In this document: one piece after another, positions 58,775 to 64,000 of the stretch
How positions within the stretch are numbered: the stretch's first letter is position 1
How the letters are laid out: each line of letters starts with the position of its first letter
NCBI GenBank assembly: GCA_041690135.1
Contig: JAWLHY010000001.1
Location: 704,001 to 768,000 of the forward strand
Source of the DNA: Armatimonadota bacterium
GTDB lineage: Bacteria > Armatimonadota > SYMT01
Length of the DNA stretch: 64,000 bases
Reading direction: 5' to 3'
Made by a program: the position numbers and the translations under genes
The notes under the pieces: generated by a model
Told to the model about the DNA's origin: nothing
Database searches by the model: none
What the model saw: the letters and a program-made list of their open reading frames with translations, nothing else

Positions 58775-59245
58775 ACCGGGGTTGGGGTTGGCAAGGCGGG
58801 AGCCGGGGGCAAGGTCGCAAAGCGCCGATGCAATCGGCGACTCCACACTAATGGTCACGGCGGTGACTGGGTTGGCCGGGCGGGATACGGGCCAGGACCC
58901 TGTGGTGTGGGGCCGGTCGGAGTTGGGTCTGCAGAGGCGGGATCCGGGGGCAAGGCCGCGAAGCGCCGGACGGGTGTCCGGACTCCCATCGGGGCCTGGT
59001 AATGGTGGGTACCCGACACAGGATGCGCGGTCTGGTGTCGCGAGGGACGGAACCAGAGGGAGTTCGGTTTGGCAGGGCGGGGGCCGGGGGCTGGATCGCC
59101 AGGCGCCGATGCAATCGGCGATTCCACATAAAGGGCCAGAACGGTCGCTGGGTTGGCACGGCAGGGTCCAGGGGCGAGATCGCCAGGCGCCGTTGCAATC
59201 GGTGAGTCCAAACTCACGGCCATGGCGGTGGTTGGGTTGCGGGAG
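58775..59245. repeat. REP-like array of degenerate ~85-bp units
   Basis: GCGCCGATGCAATCGGCGA(C/T)TCCACA at ~58823 and ~59103, degenerate at ~59187. Confidence 0.8.
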
Positions 59246-59250
59246 CGGCG

Positions 59251-62200
59251 CTATTTCGCTTTGGTGACGGGCTTTCCCAGGCTGGGGTTATCCACGGCGC
59301 CGGTGAGCACGAAACCGGCCCAATAGTACGGGTGGACCCAGCCCGCGCGCTTTTGGACCCGGACCATGGCCCGCCGTAGGGCTTCGTCTTTATCGAGGCC
59401 TTCGCGGATCCCGACGTGGAACTGCGTCATCAACTCCCGGGTGCTGTCATCGCGAACTTTCCACTGGCTAGCCAGGACGCTGCGTGCGCCGGCAACATGA
59501 AGCGCGCGGGTGAGACCCAGAAGGCCTTCGCCACGCTGGAGCTTTCCCTTACCCGTTTCGCACGCCGCCAGCACCACCAACTCCGCCTTCAACTTGAGCT
59601 GCGACAGGATCTCCCACGCCTGGAGGGCTCCATCGTTGCGCGGGTCTTCCTGCGTCTCCTGCTGCCTCTGCAGGGTGCCGCTTGCCGGAGCCGGCTCGGT
59701 CAGCAGCACCCCCGAGGCCATCGCCCACTGTGGATTGAGATAGCCGTGGGTCGCCAGGTGGATAACGTCCGCCCGGGGCATCCGCTCACGGACCGCCTTC
59801 TCGGTAGCGTTCTCTCCCAGGAGCGGAGCCGCGCCGTAAAGGCGCGCGACGGCCAGGGCATCTTCACGGGTGCCGGGTAATGCAGCGGGAGGCTTCCCGT
59901 CCGTGAATAAGAAGGCTCGCTCTGCTGCTTCGCTTCGTGTCGTGGCCAGGCGCTGACCCGCTCGATCGAAAACCGGGTCGCCCACGGCCAGGGCCACCGG
60001 CTGGGCGCCGGGTACCCTCTGCGGCTTACGGGTGCGGGCGCGATCCCAGAGGCCGAGAGACGGGGTGAGCGAGATCGGCTTGAGGAGCCCGACATAGCTG
60101 GGAGCACCGGTGGCCGAGGGAAACGGAAGCGCCGCGAACGGCAAATCCCAGAGCGGACCGTCCGGCGAGAGAATCAGACGACGGCAGGAAAGGACCCGAT
60201 CCCGCACCGGCGGAGGAAAGAGCAGGTCGGCCAGGGCTTTGCCGAGGGGGACCGCCTCCCCGCTTCCCGCCGAAACCCGGTCGACAAAGCGGGACACCCG
60301 GTCCGCGATCTCACCTTCCCCATGAGGAATACGAAAACACTCGACCCGGACTGCTTCGGGTTTGCGCGGCGAGGCAGCCGGGGCCTTTTCTCCTTTGGGA
60401 GTACTGCCCGACGCCTGCGCCACAAACACCAGCATGCCGTCCTGCACCCCCTGGAAGGCGACAAACAACTCTCCTTCCCGCAGGCCGGCCAGGGCAGCGC
60501 GTACTGCCGCCTCGTCGACGGTACGCCTGGGACCCGATCCGGCACCGGCCACAATTTCATCCCAGGTCCTCTTGACCGCCTCGCGCGCGAGAATCTGGGC
60601 GTCGCGAGCCCCGTGGAAGCGGGCTCGCGCTTCTATTGCCTTCTCGTCCTGCCGGATGTCGCCCGGCTTGCTATCGGGAGACCGGCGGCCTGCCTCGGCT
60701 TCGGCACGCGCCAGGTCGTGGGAGCGGGCCGCAAGTTCCGCCTCCGCCGCTTCGCGCGCGGCCGTGGCCCGGGCCAGTCGCTCGCGCTGGTCAGGTGACA
60801 CCGTGGATTCGGCATACCTGCGGTCGAAGAGTAGTGTTTCGAGAGCCCGGCCGCTGGCCTGTTCACGGGCGATCAGCGCCTCCAGCGGCCGACCGAGCTG
60901 CACGCGGGCTCCAATCAGAGCCGCGACGATCCAGTGATAGTCGCCCGCGATGCGAGACAGCACCTCTGGGTCCGAAACCTCCGCGAACTCCTGCAGCGTC
61001 GTTCGCCAGGCGCGCGTCAGCAGGGGTTCCGCTTCCGCCACCCGTTCCTGGCGCAGTAGGACACTCCCAAGATTGGCATAAGCCGTCGCGGCGCGCGTTT
61101 CACTTGGCTCGTAACGCTCACTCAACGTGAGCACCGTACGGGCGCGCTTCTCGGCCTGTACCAGGTCCCCGCGATGGGAAGCCAGGATTCCCAGCGCCTC
61201 CTCTACCATCAACCGGGCCGCCGGTTGATCCGAGAAATGCTCGAGCATCTGCTCCGCCTCGCGGAACACCTCTTCGGCCTCATCGAGGCGGCTCATCCGT
61301 TCCAGGGTCCAGCCTTCTTGCACCAGCGCCATGAAGTGTTCTCGACTTCCGGGCATGCTACGGCGGAATACCTCGCGGGCCTGCCGGAACCGCTGTCCTG
61401 CCAATTGCATCTCATTCTCGCGGAAGGCCCAGAGCCCTAGCGCACCGAGGATACGACCGAACTCCGCCGAGTCCGGCGCCGCCTGCCTCGCGATAGACGC
61501 GGCGCGCTCCAGGTAGACCCGTGCTTCATCGGGATTGCCGGTGTTGAGATCCACGGAAGCGAGTTCGAGCAGCGAAATGCTGACTTCGAGGGGGTCGGCA
61601 TGGGCCTGCTCCAGGAGAGCCAGCATCCGGCGGAACTCCCGGCGCGCTTCACTCACCTCTCCCAGGCGAACCAGTATCCCGGCGAACCGGCGGCGTGCCC
61701 GAGCTTCCTTCACGCTTCCGGGGTGGAGGGCCGCCACCACCTCTAACTGGCGCCGGCACTGCTCTCGAGCCAGAGCCGGCTGTGAGAGCGCCAGGTAGAC
61801 GTCGCAAAGGACGTTGAGGCAGTCGGCCAGGAGGTCGGCGTTCCGTCTCTCGTCGTTCTCTAGGATCGCGAGCGCGTGGTTCAACCGGCCCCGTGCCGCT
61901 TCCGGCTCCTTCTGAGCCAGTTGCGCCCGTGCGAGCATGAGCAGGGCGGCGGCATGCCCTTGGGAGTTTGGAGTTGCGTGCTCGTAAGTACGGACCGAAC
62001 GTGCGGCCAACAAACGGGCCAGGGGAATGTTGCCCCGGCCCAGCTCCAGTAGCGCCAGGTTCAGCAGACTGGAGGCCACAGCGGGGCTATCCCGGTCGAC
62101 TCGCTCCCGGAGAAAAAGTGCCTCCCGGTGGGAGCGCTCGCCGGCCTCCCGCTGGCCCAGGCGTAGGAACAGGTTCCCCACCAACTCAAGATGATCGGAA

Positions 62201-62817
62201 ATCGTCCCTGAATGCGGCTCCAACCACCGCCGCAGCCGCAGCGAGGCTTCGAACAGGGTGAGTGCCGACCGGTTGTCTCCCCGCCGGTCGAAGGCCGCGC
62301 CCCCTTCCGTCAGCCGCTGCGCAGCTTCTTCCGGTTTGCGGGTTTCCCGCTCCGAGAGTAGTACCGCCCGTTGAAGATGCGCCGTGATGGCTGCCGGATC
62401 GCGGAGGAGAAATGCCTGGTGGATCAGGGACTGAATCTGGCTCGGACCCTCACCTGCCTCCGCATACAGTCGCTCCGCTTCCTTCCAGGCTGCGGTGGCC
62501 TCGTCTACCCGGCGCAACTGCTCGAGAATACCGGCGCGGCGCCCCTGTGCGGAAGCCTCGGCCGCCGGATCTTTCCGCACGCGGGCGCTGGACAGGGCTG
62601 CCTCGGCACGCGCGAGCGCTTCCGGCAATTGTCCGGCGTTCCGGAGCAACTCCGCCGCTTCCAGGTCGGGGTCTGCCGAGGCGGTGGCGGATAACTCGCC
62701 GCAAGCGGTCGCGTCATTTCGAGGCGAACCTTTGGCTGGGGACAGGCAGGCCAACCAGAAGCAGAAAAGGAGAAGGAATGCCGACCAGCCGTTCCTGCCG
62801 GGAGAAAAATACTGCAT
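59251..62817 (-). CDS. TPR-CHAT (caspase-like) protein with N-terminal signal/TM
   Basis: SPDGPLWDLPFAAL, IHLATHG, LVVLAACETG, SQWKVRD, HPYYWAGF. Confidence 0.93.
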   Translation of the reverse strand: MQYFSPGRNGWSAFLLLFCFWLACLSPAKGSPRNDATACGELSATASADPDLEAAELLRNAGQLPEALARAEAALSSARVRKDPAAEASAQGRRAGILEQLRRVDEATAAWKEAERLYAEAGEGPSQIQSLIHQAFLLRDPAAITAHLQRAVLLSERETRKPEEAAQRLTEGGAAFDRRGDNRSALTLFEASLRLRRWLEPHSGTISDHLELVGNLFLRLGQREAGERSHREALFLRERVDRDSPAVASSLLNLALLELGRGNIPLARLLAARSVRTYEHATPNSQGHAAALLMLARAQLAQKEPEAARGRLNHALAILENDERRNADLLADCLNVLCDVYLALSQPALAREQCRRQLEVVAALHPGSVKEARARRRFAGILVRLGEVSEARREFRRMLALLEQAHADPLEVSISLLELASVDLNTGNPDEARVYLERAASIARQAAPDSAEFGRILGALGLWAFRENEMQLAGQRFRQAREVFRRSMPGSREHFMALVQEGWTLERMSRLDEAEEVFREAEQMLEHFSDQPAARLMVEEALGILASHRGDLVQAEKRARTVLTLSERYEPSETRAATAYANLGSVLLRQERVAEAEPLLTRAWRTTLQEFAEVSDPEVLSRIAGDYHWIVAALIGARVQLGRPLEALIAREQASGRALETLLFDRRYAESTVSPDQRERLARATAAREAAEAELAARSHDLARAEAEAGRRSPDSKPGDIRQDEKAIEARARFHGARDAQILAREAVKRTWDEIVAGAGSGPRRTVDEAAVRAALAGLREGELFVAFQGVQDGMLVFVAQASGSTPKGEKAPAASPRKPEAVRVECFRIPHGEGEIADRVSRFVDRVSAGSGEAVPLGKALADLLFPPPVRDRVLSCRRLILSPDGPLWDLPFAALPFPSATGAPSYVGLLKPISLTPSLGLWDRARTRKPQRVPGAQPVALAVGDPVFDRAGQRLATTRSEAAERAFLFTDGKPPAALPGTREDALAVARLYGAAPLLGENATEKAVRERMPRADVIHLATHGYLNPQWAMASGVLLTEPAPASGTLQRQQETQEDPRNDGALQAWEILSQLKLKAELVVLAACETGKGKLQRGEGLLGLTRALHVAGARSVLASQWKVRDDSTRELMTQFHVGIREGLDKDEALRRAMVRVQKRAGWVHPYYWAGFVLTGAVDNPSLGKPVTKAK

Positions 62818-63034
62818 AGAGCTCGTGGATTGAAGCGCCGGTACGTCGAGACGCTCCACTACTCTAAGACCCAACCGAGGAAGCGGATGTTGCACTCAAG
62901 GGCCCAAGGGCGTGAAGCGACCAGGCTGCTTGCCAGCCGGATCATCCGAATGGACGAAACCGGCCTCATCCTACTGATGGCAGATGCCCGGAAGTTTCTT
63001 TACCCCATGCTGTGTCTTCGCGACCAGTTCGCCT

Positions 63035-63787
63035 TCAGGCAGGACGGAACACAGCGGAATGGATCGGCCGGGTTCGCACCAGGTGCGACACCGACGGCGG
63101 GCCGGGGGGTGCGGTCTGCTCCGTGGCTTCGATCGGACGCCGGCTGCCGCCTACTTCCAGTACCAATTTGACCAACGCGACACGAGTGCGTGGTTCCAGA
63201 TGCAATTTATCCATCACCCGCGCCAGGGCGTGGCGTACCGCAGCATCCGTGATCTTCTCACCGGTCTCCCGGGTCAGGGACTGCGCGATCTGCCCCACCG
63301 TCATCTCGCTGCACACCACCGAATCCAACACCTGTGCTTCGCGCGGGGTGAGGCCAATACGCGCGGCCACCCAGGCGACGGCGGCCTGGTGCTCGGGGGT
63401 GGCGCTTACCTCCGAAGTCTGCAAGCCGTGGAGGCGGCGGATCGTTTGCAGGATCTCCGTAACGCCGCTGCGATGGGTGTGCAGGCAGGTATGGCCCCCG
63501 GCCAACTCCACCAGGCTTTCCGTACCGTCCACCGAGGTGAGCAGGATGGAGCGAACCTGGGGATTCCAGGCGGAGATCCGCTCCGCCACCTGGATCCCGT
63601 TCAGGCCCGGCATCAGCAGGCGAGCGACCAGCACGTCCGGCTCGGACGCGCGCGCCTGTTGCACGGCTTCTTCCCCATCCGAGGCTTCCGCGACCACCTG
63701 GATATCCGTTTCGCTTTGCAGCGTTTGAACCAGTAACTCCCGCAGAAGCACTTCGGGATCGGCCACCAGGACGCGGATCTTCTTCAT
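63035..63787 (-). CDS. NarL/LuxR-type response regulator with atypical receiver
   Basis: KIRVLVAD...VVAEASDGEEA...MPGLNG; HTH LTPREAQVL. Confidence 0.82.
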   Translation of the reverse strand: MKKIRVLVADPEVLLRELLVQTLQSETDIQVVAEASDGEEAVQQARASEPDVLVARLLMPGLNGIQVAERISAWNPQVRSILLTSVDGTESLVELAGGHTCLHTHRSGVTEILQTIRRLHGLQTSEVSATPEHQAAVAWVAARIGLTPREAQVLDSVVCSEMTVGQIAQSLTRETGEKITDAAVRHALARVMDKLHLEPRTRVALVKLVLEVGGSRRPIEATEQTAPPGPPSVSHLVRTRPIHSAVFRPA

Positions 63788-63904
63788 TCCGGAACCCTTC
63801 TTCACGGCTGTCTTACGGGACGGTTGACCCGGATCGCTGCTCCGGCTTTCCAACTCCCAACTGCAGACGTTGCCCGAGGAGAAGGCATATTGGTAAACGC
63901 GTAA

Positions 63905-64000
63905 TCAGCCGCCTTTCCCGATTCCAGGTCCCTCCCGCACCCAGAGGTGCAGGGTCTCTCGCTCCCCTTCCCGCACCAACCAGTCCGGCAGCGCCGCCAG
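63905..64000 (-). CDS. 3' end of a CDS running in from the window edge
   Basis: Open frame LAALPDWLVREGERETLHLWVREGPGIGKGG*. Confidence 0.35.
   Translation of the reverse strand: MAALPDWLVREGERETLHLWVREGPGIGKGG

Noticed and set aside
62945-62990. Hammerhead ribozyme (GAAAC...CTGATG)
   Set aside because: The core reads CTGATGG rather than CTGANGA and stem II cannot form.

Overview
GC-rich bacterial chromosome window, probably Armatimonadota or similar. This is inferred from Firmicute-like rpsO/pnp/lysA/DUF177 combined with Planctomycete-like DUF1501, sulfatase and LamG genes. Housekeeping content includes tRNA-Arg(CCT), tRNA-Val(GAC), RNase P RNA, rpsO-pnp, lysA, a DHH-CBS tRNA nucleotidyltransferase and aroE. 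Accessory content includes a ~8.8-17.3 kb cluster of small, mostly immunity-like genes next to a tyrosine recombinase, a RAYT transposase inside a REP/BIME-like array, and an ECF sigma/anti-sigma/CHAT protease module. Two signals stand out. (1) The MoxR-associated coiled-coil gene at 19929-21743 is interrupted by a single in-frame TGA followed directly by a SECIS-like hairpin, so it is a candidate new selenoprotein or programmed read-through gene. (2) An 11-6-11 dif-like palindrome at 11821-11848 has arms that recur in a duplicated ~300-bp intergenic module and just upstream of the recombinase, suggesting a recombinase-driven platform that accumulates gene cassettes. All family calls come from motif recognition by eye, not from database searches.
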